From Pseudomonadota bacterium (GTDB lineage: Bacteria; Pseudomonadota; Gammaproteobacteria; Pseudomonadales; Moraxellaceae): a stretch of 64,000 nucleotides of DNA. Shown here piece after piece: positions 1 to 11,352 of the stretch (its first letter is position 1; every line of letters begins with the position of its first letter). Location: contig JAJXWR010000003.1 in NCBI GenBank assembly GCA_021781515.1, positions 3,370 through 67,369 on the forward strand. The letters are read 5' to 3'. The position numbers and the translations under genes were made by a program. Under the pieces are notes generated by a model that did no database searches, was not told the DNA's origin, and saw only the letters and a list, made by a program, of their open reading frames with translations.

Positions 1-2
1 AT

Positions 3-629
3 CTGGGTACTGCCATTCTGGTATTCAGTAGCGGATTTTTCTGCCTGTTTCTGGCAGGCTTATCGTGGTGGCTTATCGCAGCGGCGTTGGCATTCTCGAT
101 TCCAGCCGCCTGGTTTGCCTGGAAATTCATGATGCACGACTATCAACGCCAACGCATCATCACTTTATTTTCCCCAGAATCCGACCCCTTGGGAAACGGC
201 TGGAACATTATCCAGTCAAAAACAGCGATAGGATCCGGAGGCCTCTGGGGCAAAGGCTGGTTACACGGCTCACAATCGCATCTTGAATTTCTGCCTGAAG
301 GCCACACGGATTTTGTGATTGCCGCCTTCAGTGAAGAATTTGGCTTTGTGGGCGTTCTGTTTTTACTGTTTCTGTACAGTGTCATTTTAGGGCGTTGCCT
401 GCAGATCGCCAATACCACCCAGGATGGCTATGGTCGCTTGCTGGCCGGCTCACTGTCTCTGGCTTTTTTCGTCTACATCTTTGTTAATATGGGCATGGTC
501 AGTGGTATTCTGCCGGTTGTTGGCGTCCCCCTGCCCTTCATCAGTTATGGCGGCACGGCCGTGGTCTCTTTACTGGCCGGTTTTGGCATTATTATGTCGG
601 TCTATAGTCATCGTAAACTGATGGATTAA
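3..629 (+). CDS. rodA: Peptidoglycan glycosyltransferase RodA (SEDS family), C-terminal part; the 5' end lies outside the window
   Basis: The frame is open from base 3. The translation contains [36 protein letters not shown] and [14 protein letters not shown], typical of the RodA/FtsW C-terminus. Confidence 0.85.
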   Translation: MGTAILVFSSGFFCLFLAGLSWWLIAAALAFSIPAAWFAWKFMMHDYQRQRIITLFSPESDPLGNGWNIIQSKTAIGSGGLWGKGWLHGSQSHLEFLPEGHTDFVIAAFSEEFGFVGVLFLLFLYSVILGRCLQIANTTQDGYGRLLAGSLSLAFFVYIFVNMGMVSGILPVVGVPLPFISYGGTAVVSLLAGFGIIMSVYSHRKLMD

Positions 630-675
630 TGCAACAAATGTTTCTTTTCCCAATAGTATCCAGGAAATTAACCCA

Positions 676-1680
676 ATGAAAAGCCACCTGTTCTGTATGT
701 TACTGGGATTTGCCTGTCCGCATCACTCGCTGTCACAAAGTGATCACGGATCCTTTACCGATTATCAGGAAGTGCAAGCCTTTATCACCGATGCCAGCAA
801 AGCGGGCCTCGGCTCGCCGCAGCAATTGCAGGCGCTGTTCAGCCAGGCCGAGTTTCAACCGGCGGTGTTGCAGGCCATGAGTGCACCGGCTGAACAATCA
901 GACTGGCGCAGTTATCAGAAAATTTTTCTGAACGACGAACGATTACAACGGGGGTTAGCCTTCTGGAATGCCCATCAAGCCGCCTTGCAACGTGCAGAAC
1001 ACCTCTATCAGGTGCCTGCCTCTATTATCGTAGCCATTCTCGGGGTAGAAACCCTTTATGGCCGCAAGACCGGTCATTACCGGGCACTGGACAGCCTGAG
1101 CACCCTGGCCTTCGATTATCCGCCGCGCAGTCGGTTTTTTCGTCTGGAACTGCTGGCATTTCTGCAACTGTGCCAACAACAACACCTCGAACCCGACAAG
1201 ATTACCGGCTCGTACGCCGGTGCCCTGGGCTACCCCCAGTTTATGCCCTCCTCTTGGCTGAACATGGCCGTCGATTTTGATCAGGATGGCCACATCGATT
1301 TGCTGAACGACGCAGACGATGCTATTGGCTCCATTGCCCACTACTTTCAGCAATCTGGCTGGAAAAGCGGTCCGGTGGCCATCAAGGCGACACTACAGGG
1401 AAACGATTATGACAAGGAATTAAATTCCACTCTGGCAGCCACTGCGCCTTTATCACACTGGGCGACCTTGGGACTGACACCGGCCACCCCCGGTTCGTTG
1501 CCTGCCAGTACCTTGGCCAATGTACTGCGCCTGCACGGGGACCATGGGAACGAGTATTGGTTTGCCTTTGGAAATTTCTATGCCATTACCCAATATAACC
1601 ATAGCGTTCTCTATGCCATGGCCGTATGGCAATTGAGTCAGGCCTTGGAAAATGCGGCTATTCATAAAAGCGGGTTGTAG
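676..1680 (+). CDS. mltB: Lytic murein transglycosylase B
   Basis: 334 aa with GVETLYGRKTG, GSYAGALGYPQFMPSSW and DFDQDGHIDL, which are MltB-family signatures. It sits directly after rodA. Confidence 0.85.
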   Translation: MKSHLFCMLLGFACPHHSLSQSDHGSFTDYQEVQAFITDASKAGLGSPQQLQALFSQAEFQPAVLQAMSAPAEQSDWRSYQKIFLNDERLQRGLAFWNAHQAALQRAEHLYQVPASIIVAILGVETLYGRKTGHYRALDSLSTLAFDYPPRSRFFRLELLAFLQLCQQQHLEPDKITGSYAGALGYPQFMPSSWLNMAVDFDQDGHIDLLNDADDAIGSIAHYFQQSGWKSGPVAIKATLQGNDYDKELNSTLAATAPLSHWATLGLTPATPGSLPASTLANVLRLHGDHGNEYWFAFGNFYAITQYNHSVLYAMAVWQLSQALENAAIHKSGL

Positions 1681-1684
1681 ATCA

Positions 1685-2401
1685 CTAAGAGTTGGCATCA
1701 GGACGATCAATCTCTCTATCACACACCCAGTCAAAAATCACGATTGCCAAGTGCGAACAAACGTCTATAACAGCTTGCCAGTCATGCCAACGAGGATTGA
1801 GTTGCTTGTATTCGCTAAGTTCGGTTTCTTCCAGGTCGAAGGGCAGCGCATTGGCAAGTTGCACCTGCAACTGCTGTAGCGGAGATTCTCCGTTGTCCTG
1901 CGGGTAGAGCCGGTCAAATGATTGCAATGCGTGGGCAACGCTCTCATCGCCCATGTGATCGGCCAAAGCCACAAAATCGAGGTAATCCCTCGTGGCATTG
2001 CGCTTGAGGATCAAGACGCCCTTGATGCGCAGAATCTCAGCTTCGGTCGGAACGGTAATGCGTGCACCCCGGTAGTTCACTACTGTCGTTTCCAGTGGTT
2101 CATCCCGGATTAGTTGACGAACGCCGGTCTCGATGCCGTCGAGACTCCCCAGGATTTGCACGGGCCGCTGCACGCGAGCCGTTTTCCAACCAGCGACTGA
2201 TTCTAGTTCCGCCAACACTGCATCGAAACGAGGGCGCAGGTCGGTCAGTACATGATCAGCGTCACGCGAGAAGCGATGTTCAGCATGAATTGCCGAGGCG
2301 GTCCCCTCCACCAGTACGGCCTCTGGCAAGAGGCGTTGGAGCCGTGCGGCAGAGGACAAGACGAGTTCCCAGTCAGGCAAGGGTGCGGTGTGCTTCGGCA
2401 T
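1685..2401 (-). CDS. Nucleotidyltransferase AbiEii/AbiGii-like toxin (DUF1814-like)
   Basis: The translation starting at MPKHTAPLPDWELV contains VLVEGTASAIHAEHRFSRDADHVL. This resembles the AbiEii N-terminal nucleotidyltransferase (NTase) motif (GGTAL...R.S.D.D). I chose the internal ATG at 2401 because the region upstream of it is occupied by the partner ORF. Confidence 0.6.
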   Translation of the reverse strand: MPKHTAPLPDWELVLSSAARLQRLLPEAVLVEGTASAIHAEHRFSRDADHVLTDLRPRFDAVLAELESVAGWKTARVQRPVQILGSLDGIETGVRQLIRDEPLETTVVNYRGARITVPTEAEILRIKGVLILKRNATRDYLDFVALADHMGDESVAHALQSFDRLYPQDNGESPLQQLQVQLANALPFDLEETELSEYKQLNPRWHDWQAVIDVCSHLAIVIFDWVCDREIDRPDANS

Positions 2402-2600
2402 AGTGCATCCAGAAATGATGGCGTTGAGCATAAGGATCAGAGGCGTAAGGGCGGCAAACGCACTCCACCTTGTCCAACAAGGTGCGGTCAGCCAAAGATG
2501 CCCGGCGCAGTTCCGCCCAGTCACACCACCGCCCGCGTGAAATCACATCGTCAATAGCGGCGAGCGTGTAGCGTTGATGATTGAGATGGCGATGCAGCAT
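2373..2600 (-). CDS. Small protein upstream of the AbiEii-like gene and overlapping it; putative cognate antitoxin
   Basis: 75-aa ORF whose last 29 nt overlap the ATG of the toxin gene (ATGCCGAAGCACACCGCACCCTTGCCTGA), a typical coupled toxin-antitoxin (TA) arrangement. I recognise no domain by eye and see no obvious Shine-Dalgarno (SD). Confidence 0.4.
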   Translation of the reverse strand: MLHRHLNHQRYTLAAIDDVISRGRWCDWAELRRASLADRTLLDKVECVCRPYASDPYAQRHHFWMHYAEAHRTLA

Positions 2601-2732
2601 GGCAAAAGATTTACTGTTACGACTATAGATCGCTACATCTTAGGTGAATGAAAGCCAAATGCAACACGGTTTTTTGATCGTGAGTCGCTGGCGCTTTTTT
2701 ATGAATCCCTGAAAATGCCTCACTCAAGCCTC

Positions 2733-2763
2733 TTGCATTCCCATGCCCACTTTCGCCTATAAT
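2733..2763 (+). promoter_or_regulatory. Possible sigma70 promoter for the patatin-GNAT operon
   Basis: TTGCAT (2733-2738), a 19-nt spacer, then a perfect TATAAT (2758-2763), about 37 nt upstream of the ATG at 2800. The spacer is longer than optimal. Confidence 0.3.
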
Positions 2764-2799
2764 CCATAGAGACTGATAACTTCTGTAAGGTGAAGTCCT

Positions 2800-4305
2800 A
2801 TGACGGCTGCGCATCTATCCTTGACACCCTGTACTCCGGATCTCGGAACTCTGGAGCAACAAATGCTGGGGGCGCATTCGTACCAGGAATGGCTCACACT
2901 GGCGGAACAGCACGACCAGTGTTCCGGAGCCCATCAGTGGCGTCAGACCGCAGAAACTTCGCTCTACGATTACCGGGAGATTCAGTACCGGTACGACAAA
3001 CTCAAACAGTACCTTAACAGCAATGCTTCCTCCGAACTTCTCTATGCCCTGAACGAAGGCGTCCATGGCAATATGGCCGGTATGGGAAAGCCCGTGCTTT
3101 ATCATCAGTCAAAATCCGGCACCAAATTCCTCATTGAAGATTACGTCAATAGCATTGCGGCGGCACTGGAATATATACACCGCTGCCCGGAATCTGAAAT
3201 CAGTGCCCCGGATAAATCGGACTTCTTCCGCCGGGCCAGTCACTGTTATGGCCGTTCCGCCCTGCTCTTGAGCGGTGGTGCCGGACTCGTCTATTTTCAT
3301 CACGGGATGGTTCAGGAACTGATCGACCATAATCTGCTGCCGCATGTTATTTCCGGTTCCAGCGCCGGTGCCATTGTTGCCGCCCAACTGGGAACACTGA
3401 CCGATGCGGAACTGAAATCTGGTTATTTCCTGAAAAAGCGCTACCAGGAACCGTTGCAAACCAGAATCCTGGATATCCTGCGCGGCCGTATCGATGACCC
3501 CGCCGCTAAAGCGGCACGTGAACGTTTTCTTGACGAAATAGTTCCCCGGGATTTGACCTTCCAGCAAGCTTATGAAAAAACCGGACGCTACATCAATATT
3601 TCAATTTCACCGGCAGAGCGACATCAATCCTCACGGCTGATGAATGCCATTTCCTCACCACACGTCTATGTCCGTTCAGCCTTGTCCGCCTCCATAGGTA
3701 TCCCAGGACTCATGCCCGCAGAACGTCTCTACGCACGGGGAATTGATGGGAAGCCCCGTCCCTATCTGGAAACTCGTCGATGGCTAGACGGTTCACTCTC
3801 CAGCGATCTGCCCGCCAAACGCATGGCAAGGCTGTATGGGGTCAACCATTTTATAGTCAGTCTGATTAACCCCATGGTACTGCCCTTTATCGACGATATT
3901 AAATCCCGTGATCATCGCGGGCTGTTGAGTGTGTTTTCTGAGTCCTCGGTACGCGTCATTGGTGAACTGTTAGTGGTGCTGGAGCGTGTACTGGCCACCC
4001 GAGGCCGTCAGGGCAGAGCCCTAGCCGGTCAACTGGCCTATCTGGTCGCCATGCTCGGACAGAACTATCTGGGCGATATCAACATTCTGCTACCCACCAG
4101 TGCGTTTCGCTGGCGCAATGCGCTCTTTGAGTTTCGCAGTGGGGAGATCGAACAGATGATCCAGACCGGCCGCCGCAGTACATGGCCAAAAATGGCGATG
4201 ATCCGTAATGCCGCCCTCATCTCGCAAACCTTGGATCGGATTCTGGAGGAATTGCAGCAGGAAGGGTTGCACGTCCAGAAAAACCGCCATATGCTATCGG
4301 TATAA
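2800..4305 (+). CDS. Patatin-like phospholipase with a DUF3336-type N-terminal extension
   Basis: Contains LLLSGGAGLVYFHHGMV (oxyanion G-G-x-G/R region), the GSSAG nucleophile elbow (GxSxG) and DGSLSSDLP (catalytic Asp of the Ser-Asp dyad). Confidence 0.8.
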   Translation: MTAAHLSLTPCTPDLGTLEQQMLGAHSYQEWLTLAEQHDQCSGAHQWRQTAETSLYDYREIQYRYDKLKQYLNSNASSELLYALNEGVHGNMAGMGKPVLYHQSKSGTKFLIEDYVNSIAAALEYIHRCPESEISAPDKSDFFRRASHCYGRSALLLSGGAGLVYFHHGMVQELIDHNLLPHVISGSSAGAIVAAQLGTLTDAELKSGYFLKKRYQEPLQTRILDILRGRIDDPAAKAARERFLDEIVPRDLTFQQAYEKTGRYINISISPAERHQSSRLMNAISSPHVYVRSALSASIGIPGLMPAERLYARGIDGKPRPYLETRRWLDGSLSSDLPAKRMARLYGVNHFIVSLINPMVLPFIDDIKSRDHRGLLSVFSESSVRVIGELLVVLERVLATRGRQGRALAGQLAYLVAMLGQNYLGDINILLPTSAFRWRNALFEFRSGEIEQMIQTGRRSTWPKMAMIRNAALISQTLDRILEELQQEGLHVQKNRHMLSV

Positions 4306-4308
4306 CCC

Positions 4309-4836
4309 ATGCTGACTGGCGAACATATTTACTTGGGGCCTCTGCTGCCACAGGATTTTAATACACTCATGGAATGGGCAGACGATATTGAGGCCGCCCA
4401 CTACAATGAGACCTACCGTCCTGCCTTGTGGAAACAACAGGAAGAGTTGTGGTTTCCCCGTAGCCATGATCCCAGCCGGGTGCTGTTTGCCGTCAGACGC
4501 ACACTTGAACCCCAGATTATCGGCTATGTGCAGATCTGGAATATTGACCCGGTGCATCACTCAGCGCTCCTCGGTCTGCGCATTGGATCTACAGAAGACC
4601 GCAACAGGGGCTACGGTCGGGAAGCCCTCAGGCTCACTATTCCCTACCTCTGGAATCAGCTACACCTGAGCCGGATCGGCCTCAGCGTCTTTTCCAGTAA
4701 CGCAGCGGCCTTGCATCTTTATGAAAAAGCAGGCTTTGTGCGGGAAGGGCAACTACGGCAAGCGGTGTTTATCAACGGCCACTGGCTGGATATCATCCTC
4801 ATGGGATTACTGCACCCCAGCCGAGAACTGCCCTGA
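4309..4836 (+). CDS. GNAT family N-acetyltransferase (RimJ/RimL-like)
   Basis: Contains RNRGYGREALRL and FSSNAAALHLYEKAGFVREG, an acetyl-CoA-binding motif A region. Its start lies 3 nt after the patatin stop. Confidence 0.75.
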   Translation: MLTGEHIYLGPLLPQDFNTLMEWADDIEAAHYNETYRPALWKQQEELWFPRSHDPSRVLFAVRRTLEPQIIGYVQIWNIDPVHHSALLGLRIGSTEDRNRGYGREALRLTIPYLWNQLHLSRIGLSVFSSNAAALHLYEKAGFVREGQLRQAVFINGHWLDIILMGLLHPSRELP

Positions 4837-4838
4837 AA

Positions 4839-4864
4839 CAACAACCGATCCTGCCGGGTTGTTG
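4839..4864. terminator. Stem-loop between the convergent GNAT and gmhA genes
   Basis: CAACAACC (4839-4846) pairs with GGTTGTTG (4857-4864) across a 10-nt loop. It is followed by ATCGTTTCTCTC, so there is only a weak T tract. Confidence 0.35.
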
Positions 4865-4883
4865 ATCGTTTCTCTCAAGTAGT

Positions 4884-5483
4884 TCAGCGCTTTGGCTGTT
4901 TCACGGCATCAAAAATAACCGACTCCACATAACCACAAATGATATGGCCGATCAGGATATGGCACTCCTGAATACGTGGTGTATGGGTCGAAGGCACGGA
5001 CAAGGAAAAATCGCACAGGGAGGCCAACTGACCGGCAGCACCGGTCAACGCCACGGTCACAATACCCATGGCCTTGGCTTCTGCCACCGCCAATACCACA
5101 TTTCTGGAGTTTCCTGAGGTCGAAATACCAATCAGGACATCCCCAGCCCGGCCTTGCGCCTGTACCTGACGTCGGAACACATGTTCATAACCATAGTCAT
5201 TGCCGATCGCCGTCAACATGGAGGTATCTGTATTCAGTGCCAGAGAAGGAATGCCCGGACGGTCAAAATCAAAACGACTGACAAATTCAGCGGCAATGTG
5301 CTGGGCATCGGCAGCAGAACCACCGTTTCCCGCCAACATCACCTTATTGCCCGAGCGAAAGGCCTGCACACAACGCTCCGCCACTGCCTGCACCGACTGC
5401 AGGAGTGAATGGTCATTGAATAACTTCTGTTTGGTTTCCAGCGACTGCTGCACACACTGTTGTATATAATCCATAGTACTCAT
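4884..5483 (-). CDS. gmhA: SIS-domain phosphoheptose isomerase (GmhA/DiaA family)
   Basis: Contains GNGGSAADAQHIAAEF, LTAIGNDYGYEHVF and GDVLIGISTSGNSRNV, characteristic of GmhA-type sedoheptulose-7-phosphate isomerases. Confidence 0.75.
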   Translation of the reverse strand: MSTMDYIQQCVQQSLETKQKLFNDHSLLQSVQAVAERCVQAFRSGNKVMLAGNGGSAADAQHIAAEFVSRFDFDRPGIPSLALNTDTSMLTAIGNDYGYEHVFRRQVQAQGRAGDVLIGISTSGNSRNVVLAVAEAKAMGIVTVALTGAAGQLASLCDFSLSVPSTHTPRIQECHILIGHIICGYVESVIFDAVKQPKR

Positions 5484-5502
5484 TGCGAAAACACCTCCCG
5501 GA

Positions 5503-6453
5503 TTAAATTTCCTGCACTGTAATTCTCAATTCTCTGGGCATGGAGAAGGTCATGGTCTCAGCTCTGCCGGCGATTTCCTCAACGGTCTGGCCGCCTAATT
5601 GCTGCAGCCGGGCCACCACTTCCTGTACCAGTACTTCAGGTGCAGAAGCCCCTGCCGTCACCCCCACGGAACCAATGCCCTGCAACCACGCTGGATCAAT
5701 GTCCACGGCCCCGTCAATCAACCGGGCCGTGCGATTCATACGTTCTGCCAGTTCGCGCAATCGGTTGCTGTTGGAAGAGTTGGGAGACCCCACCACCAGC
5801 ACCAGTTCACATTTTTCGGCCAAGAGCCGCACTGCATCCTGGCGATTTTGCGTGGCGTAACAGATATCATCCTTGCGTGGCCCCTGAATATGCGGAAAAC
5901 GACTGCGTAAGGCCGTTATGACCCGTGCCGTATCATCCACGGACAGGGTCGTTTGCGTCACAAACGCCAAACGGGAAGGATTAGTGACGGGCAAATCCTT
6001 GACATCGGATTCCTGTTCCACCAGATAAATGCGTCCCCCAGCCGTCGTATCGTATTGCCCCATCGTCCCTTCAACTTCCGGATGCCCGGCATGGCCGATG
6101 AGAATCGTTTCAATACCGGCACGGACATAGCGCAATACTTCCAGATGCACCTTGGTCACCAGTGGACAGGTCGCATCGAACACTTTAAGCTGCCGACGAT
6201 CCGCCTCGCTACGCACTTGCTGCGATACCCCGTGCGCACTGAAAATCACAATCCCCGCATCGGGCACTTCCTGCAGTTCGTCGACAAAAACCGCCCCACG
6301 GTGACGCAAGTCCTCGACTACAAAACGATTATGCACCACCTCATGGCGCACATAGACCGGAGGACCAAACACCTCCAATGCCCGGTTGACTATCTCAATG
6401 GCCCGGTCCACTCCTGCACAAAACCCCCGAGGGTTAGCCAGCCGAATAAGCAT
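5503..6453 (-). CDS. ispH: 4-hydroxy-3-methylbut-2-enyl diphosphate reductase
   Basis: 316 aa starting [19 protein letters not shown], with [12 protein letters not shown] and SSNSNRL. It holds the conserved position downstream of lspA-fkpB. Confidence 0.95.
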   Translation of the reverse strand: MLIRLANPRGFCAGVDRAIEIVNRALEVFGPPVYVRHEVVHNRFVVEDLRHRGAVFVDELQEVPDAGIVIFSAHGVSQQVRSEADRRQLKVFDATCPLVTKVHLEVLRYVRAGIETILIGHAGHPEVEGTMGQYDTTAGGRIYLVEQESDVKDLPVTNPSRLAFVTQTTLSVDDTARVITALRSRFPHIQGPRKDDICYATQNRQDAVRLLAEKCELVLVVGSPNSSNSNRLRELAERMNRTARLIDGAVDIDPAWLQGIGSVGVTAGASAPEVLVQEVVARLQQLGGQTVEEIAGRAETMTFSMPRELRITVQEI

Positions 6454-6976
6454 TCGCCCCCCCCTGTTCCATCGTTGGCACAGAAGTCAATTGCACAGGT
6501 TGTTCATCGTTTTCCAATAATCGCAGGATTTCCACCTCAAACAACAGGTCACGTCCGGCCAACGGATGATTGAAATCCACCTGCACCCATTGTTCATCCA
6601 GAGCCACCACGACGCCGGGAAGTTCGGCGTGCGACGGATCGGCAAAGGAAATGACCACACCAACAGCCAGCGGCATGTCCATGGTTTTTTGCAGCATCAC
6701 AAATTCTGTACGCAAAAAGCGCCGCACATGCTGCGCTGCGTGCAAGCCAAACGCCTGTGCTGCAGGCAACACACAAGAGCGACGGTCTCCGGCTTTTAAA
6801 CCCAGAATCACCTGTTCAAAACCTGTGGGCAGCGTCCCATCACCTACAATCAATACTGGGGCCGATTGATAATGCCGACTACTGTCAATGAGCGATCCTT
6901 CCAGCAAACTGATACTAAAATGCAACTGCACCCGACTGCCTTTCTGAATACGTTCTCCCTGAATACGTTCATCCAT
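6434..6976 (-). CDS. fkpB: FKBP-type peptidyl-prolyl cis-trans isomerase
   Basis: Contains [21 protein letters not shown] and [13 protein letters not shown], plus an insert-in-flap region. It lies between lspA and ispH as in E. coli. I chose the start at MDERIQ; it overlaps the lspA stop by a few nt. Confidence 0.8.
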   Translation of the reverse strand: MDERIQGERIQKGSRVQLHFSISLLEGSLIDSSRHYQSAPVLIVGDGTLPTGFEQVILGLKAGDRRSCVLPAAQAFGLHAAQHVRRFLRTEFVMLQKTMDMPLAVGVVISFADPSHAELPGVVVALDEQWVQVDFNHPLAGRDLLFEVEILRLLENDEQPVQLTSVPTMEQGGANAYSAG

Positions 6977-7463
6977 GCCGATGCTCCTCAAAGAAAAACA
7001 TGTCAATCAACAGCAGTACCGTACCGACAGTAATTGCCGAATCAGCCAGATTAAAGGCGGGAAAATGCCAGTCTTTGTAATATACATGGACAAAATCAAC
7101 GACGTAAGACAGGCGTAATCGATCCAGAAGATTGCCCGTCGCACCTCCGAGGATCAGGCTGATTGCACCGGGTAACAACAGCAACTGCCGGGGAAGTCGC
7201 CACAACCACCACAGTAATCCTGTACTGACACCGATGGCGATAGTGGCAAACAACCAGCGTTGCCAACCGCCAGCACTGTATAGAAAACTAAACGCCGCCC
7301 CGGTATTATGCAACAGTGTAAAACTCAGACAGCCAGGAATCAGGATGCGCGACTGAAACAGCAACAGATGCTGACTGACCCAGTATTTGCTCCATTGATC
7401 CAGGCACAGTAACAGTGCCGACAGCAGCAACCAACGCCACGGCGATCCGTCATGACGACTCAT
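6969..7463 (-). CDS. lspA: Lipoprotein signal peptidase II
   Basis: 164 aa, multi-transmembrane (TM), with NTGAAFSF and FNLADSAI (the catalytic Asp motifs). It overlaps ileS by 4 nt. Confidence 0.92.
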   Translation of the reverse strand: MSRHDGSPWRWLLLSALLLCLDQWSKYWVSQHLLLFQSRILIPGCLSFTLLHNTGAAFSFLYSAGGWQRWLFATIAIGVSTGLLWWLWRLPRQLLLLPGAISLILGGATGNLLDRLRLSYVVDFVHVYYKDWHFPAFNLADSAITVGTVLLLIDMFFFEEHRHG

Positions 7464-10276
7464 ACAAATCTCCGTATTTCACCCATTTCCGACAGATTCT
7501 GCAGGCAACGGCCACACAACTCCGGGTGCTCGGGGTGCTGACCCACATCAGCCACATAATGCCAACAACGAATACATTTGGTATGGGTACTGGCGGACAC
7601 GACCACACTGGGCGAGTCTGTCTCACTGGAAAACACCTGAACCTCTGAGGTAATCAGCAAAAACCGCAACTCCTCACCCAGGCAACTTACTTTATCCCTC
7701 CAGGGCATCGGCAGGTACAAAGCAACGGAGGCCGATAGTCCTGAGCCGATTTCCTGACGCACCCGGGAATTTTCCAGTTGGCGATTAACCATGGATTTTA
7801 ATTCAATCATCGCTTCCCAAAAAGCAGAAGTCAACGTCGGCGATGGCGGATTGTCGGGCAAACGATGCAAGCCTTCATACCAGGATTCCAGATGCACGGA
7901 ATCTGAACGTCGCCCCGGTAAATACGACCATGCCTCATCCGCCGTAAAACCAAGAATCGGTGCCATCCACCGAATCATCGCCTCGGCAATATGCCATTGG
8001 GCAGTTTGCGCCGAACGTCGCGCCAGTGCACGTTTCGGCAAGGTATATTGCCGGTCTTTAATGATATCCAGATAGAAACTGCCCAGATCCACACTGCAAA
8101 AATTATGCAGACGATGATAAATTCCATGAAACTGATACGTTTCATAAGCCGCCACCATCTCTTCCTGTACCCGGGCACTCAGATCCACCACCCAGCGATC
8201 CAGTGCCAGCATCGACTCTGGGGGCACCGCATCTGTCGCTGGATCAAAGTCCCCGAGATTAGCTAACAGATAGCGTACCGTATTACGAATCCGCCGATAC
8301 GCCTCCGCCGTCCGGTTGAGAATTTCATCACTGACCGACATTTCTCCACGATAGTCCGTCGCCGCCACCCACAGGCGCAACACATCCGCCCCCATGCTAT
8401 CAATGATTTTCTGGGGAGCAATCACATTCCCCAGTGATTTGGCCATTTTACGCCCCTGACCATCTACCGTAAAACCATGGGTTAGAACCTGTTTATACGG
8501 CGCAGTCCCATGTATACCTACCGAGGTCAGCAATGAGGACTGGAACCAGCCTCGGTGTTGATCCGAGCCTTCCAGATAGAGATCCGCCGGTCGTTGCAGT
8601 TCTGTACGTCGTTCCAGCACCCCGACATGCGTCACCCCAGAATCAAACCAGACATCAAGGGTGTCCTGAATCCGCACATAGTGATGTTGATCTGCCTCAC
8701 TCAACCACATTGCATCAGCAGATGAAAACCAGGCATCAATACCCTGCGCTTCAATCGCCAGGGCTACTTTTTCCATGATCTGCAAGCTCTCTGGATGCAA
8801 TACCTGGGTCTGCCGATGGATAAACAACGGCATAGGCACGCCCCAGCTGCGTTGCCGGGAAATACACCAGTCGGGGCGTTGCTCAACCATCGCCTGAATA
8901 CGGGCTTTTCCCCATTCAGGCACCCACTGCACCTGTTCGATCGCTGCCAGCGCCTGGGCACGTAACTGCTGTTGATCCATGCGAACAAACCATTGCGGGG
9001 TCGCCCGAAAGATAATCGGTGTCTTGTGTCGCCAGCAGTGCGGATAGCTGTGCTCCAGCGGCCTATTAGCCAGTAACGCCCCCTGGCTGGCCAATAACTC
9101 CAGCAAAATCTCATTGGCCTTGAATACCGGCAACCCGGCGACAAAGGGGACGGTGGCCTGAAATACGCCTTCCGCATTTACTGGGTTATCCACCTCAAGA
9201 CCATAACGCAGTCCTACAATGTAGTCCTCCTGTCCATGCGCTGGTGCCGTATGCACACATCCGGTCCCCGCATCGGCCGTTACATGCTCACCCAGAATCA
9301 CCGGCACCTGCCGTTCCAGAAAAGGATGCTGCAAACTCAGTCCTTCCAGCACTCGCCCGGGGAACACTGCCAAAGGCATGACCTCCGTCAGGCCAATACG
9401 TCGCAGTGCGACAGCGGACAAAGGCTCAGCCACCACCAGGAATCCTGCGGCATAGGCCACTACCACGTAGTTCATCTCCGCATTCAGACAAACCGCCCGG
9501 TTGGCAGGTAATGTCCAGGGTGTGGTGGTCCAGATCACCAGGGCCACCGCTGCCTCTATCCCGGTCTGTGCGGCAACAGGCGGCACCGCCTGGCCAATCC
9601 GTTCCCAGAACTGCACCGCATCAACCACCGTAAACGCCACATCAACAGCCGGCGACACCCGATCCTCGTACTCCACTTCAGCCTCAGCCAAAGCAGAGGC
9701 ACATTGCGGACACCAGTGCACTGGTTTAAGCCCTTGCTCCACATGATTTTTTTCAACAAGTCGAGCCAATGCCCTGACGATGTCAGCTTCCTGTCGAAAA
9801 TTCATCGTCAGATAAGGATTCGTCCAGTCGCCCATCACCCCCAAGCGCTGGAAGTCCTTTGACTGCTGTTCCACCTGCGACGCTGCATAGGCCCGGCATA
9901 AACGCCGAAATTCAGTGGCTGATACCTTAACGCCCGGTTTACCCACCTTTTTTTCAACATTTAATTCAATCGGCAGCCCATGACAATCCCAGCCCGGCAC
10001 ATAAGGGGCATCCATTCCTCCCATGCTATGCGAGCGAACAATAATATCCTTGAGGATTTTGTTGACCGCATGGCCGATATGAATATTGCCATTGGCATAC
10101 GGCGGACCATCATGCAACACAAATTTTGGACGTCCAGCCCTGAGCTGCCGCAACTGGCCATAAATATTCAACGTCTGCCACCGGAGAAGCCGCTCAGGCT
10201 CACGCATCGCCAAAGACGCCTTCATGGGAAATCCAGTGTCAGGCAAGTTCAATGTCGCTTTATAATCTTGGCTCAT
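7460..10276 (-). CDS. ileS: Isoleucine--tRNA ligase
   Basis: 938 aa with [11 protein letters not shown] (HIGH motif), KMAKSLGN (KMSKS motif) and a C-terminal Cys zinc cluster (CIRCWHY...CGRC). Confidence 0.97.
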   Translation of the reverse strand: MSQDYKATLNLPDTGFPMKASLAMREPERLLRWQTLNIYGQLRQLRAGRPKFVLHDGPPYANGNIHIGHAVNKILKDIIVRSHSMGGMDAPYVPGWDCHGLPIELNVEKKVGKPGVKVSATEFRRLCRAYAASQVEQQSKDFQRLGVMGDWTNPYLTMNFRQEADIVRALARLVEKNHVEQGLKPVHWCPQCASALAEAEVEYEDRVSPAVDVAFTVVDAVQFWERIGQAVPPVAAQTGIEAAVALVIWTTTPWTLPANRAVCLNAEMNYVVVAYAAGFLVVAEPLSAVALRRIGLTEVMPLAVFPGRVLEGLSLQHPFLERQVPVILGEHVTADAGTGCVHTAPAHGQEDYIVGLRYGLEVDNPVNAEGVFQATVPFVAGLPVFKANEILLELLASQGALLANRPLEHSYPHCWRHKTPIIFRATPQWFVRMDQQQLRAQALAAIEQVQWVPEWGKARIQAMVEQRPDWCISRQRSWGVPMPLFIHRQTQVLHPESLQIMEKVALAIEAQGIDAWFSSADAMWLSEADQHHYVRIQDTLDVWFDSGVTHVGVLERRTELQRPADLYLEGSDQHRGWFQSSLLTSVGIHGTAPYKQVLTHGFTVDGQGRKMAKSLGNVIAPQKIIDSMGADVLRLWVAATDYRGEMSVSDEILNRTAEAYRRIRNTVRYLLANLGDFDPATDAVPPESMLALDRWVVDLSARVQEEMVAAYETYQFHGIYHRLHNFCSVDLGSFYLDIIKDRQYTLPKRALARRSAQTAQWHIAEAMIRWMAPILGFTADEAWSYLPGRRSDSVHLESWYEGLHRLPDNPPSPTLTSAFWEAMIELKSMVNRQLENSRVRQEIGSGLSASVALYLPMPWRDKVSCLGEELRFLLITSEVQVFSSETDSPSVVVSASTHTKCIRCWHYVADVGQHPEHPELCGRCLQNLSEMGEIRRFV

Positions 10277-10413
10277 GCTGTTAGCACACCGCCCGACTCT
10301 CCCTGTGCACCGGTAATATGTCCGGACGACAGGCGAAACAGGCAGTGAGGTTCCTCCCTCTGGTCAACACACCATAAACGTAATTTTCTGTTGATTAAAA
10401 TCAAAAAACCAAC

Positions 10414-11352
10414 TCAACCCTCCAACGGCTGCGCACTAAACCACTCTCTGGCACACGCAATATCCAGAGCAATCGCCGCCTTCAGTTCCGCCAGTGAACC
10501 AAAACGTCGCTCTTCCCGCAATTTGTGAACAAATTCAACATACAGACGCTGTCCATAAATATCTTCGCTAAAATCAAACAAATGCACTTCGAGTCTGGGC
10601 TGGATTCCAGAGACAGTAGGTCGGGAACCAACATTAGCCACCCCCTGCAACGACCGACCCTGGCACAATACCCGCACGGCAAACACCCCCTGTAACGGCG
10701 ACACCTGGCGCTTGAGCAGAATATTAGCGGTCGGCACACCGAGCGTCCGCCCCAACTGATCCCCCTGCACCACTCGACCACTCATCCCATAGGCGTGTCC
10801 CAGGTATTGCTGTACCTGCAAGAACGCTCCTGTCTGCAAGGCATCACGCAACAAGGTACTGCTGACTCGTGCACCTGCCGCCTGCACCGAATCGGTGCTC
10901 ATGACCTGCATCCCCAGCGTCGGTCCTATCCGGCTTAAAAACGCATAATCGCCTTGCCGATCACAACCACAGTGAAAATCATCACCCACCAACAGCAGTT
11001 GCGTCTGCAGCGCCGACACCAGTACCGTGCGGACAAAATCTTCTGCCGTTAACTGACGTAAAGATTCCGCAAAACGCAGTACTACCACCTCGTCAATACC
11101 AAACTGACGCAAGGCCTCCCATTTGTCATGCCAGCGCATCAAACGAGCAGGCGCTTTTGCACCTAAAAAAAACTCCATGGGCTGCGGCTCAAAAATGATA
11201 ACCGCTGTCGCCCCCCCCAAACGCCGACCTTCACGCACCAGTCGCTGAAGAATTAACTGATGCCCTCGATGCACCCCATCGAAATTACCAACAGTCACCA
11301 CCCGACCGGCACTAGCGACCGGCACGTTATACAACCCCCGACATAAGCGCAT
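10414..11352 (-). CDS. ribF: Bifunctional riboflavin kinase / FMN adenylyltransferase
   Basis: 312 aa with GNFDGVHRGHQ, and PTANI...GVANVGSRPTV in the kinase half. It holds the conserved position upstream of ileS. Confidence 0.95.
   Translation of the reverse strand: MRLCRGLYNVPVASAGRVVTVGNFDGVHRGHQLILQRLVREGRRLGGATAVIIFEPQPMEFFLGAKAPARLMRWHDKWEALRQFGIDEVVVLRFAESLRQLTAEDFVRTVLVSALQTQLLLVGDDFHCGCDRQGDYAFLSRIGPTLGMQVMSTDSVQAAGARVSSTLLRDALQTGAFLQVQQYLGHAYGMSGRVVQGDQLGRTLGVPTANILLKRQVSPLQGVFAVRVLCQGRSLQGVANVGSRPTVSGIQPRLEVHLFDFSEDIYGQRLYVEFVHKLREERRFGSLAELKAAIALDIACAREWFSAQPLEG

Noticed and set aside
5953-6573. 206-aa plus-strand ORF antisense to ispH. Similar long antisense ORFs lie at 16447..17079, 18115..18921, 30261..31007, 53040..53612, 61592..62245 and 62270..62905.
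   Set aside because: Each lies entirely opposite a gene with strong family signatures. Their translations are low-complexity and Arg/His/Pro-rich, typical of shadow ORFs.
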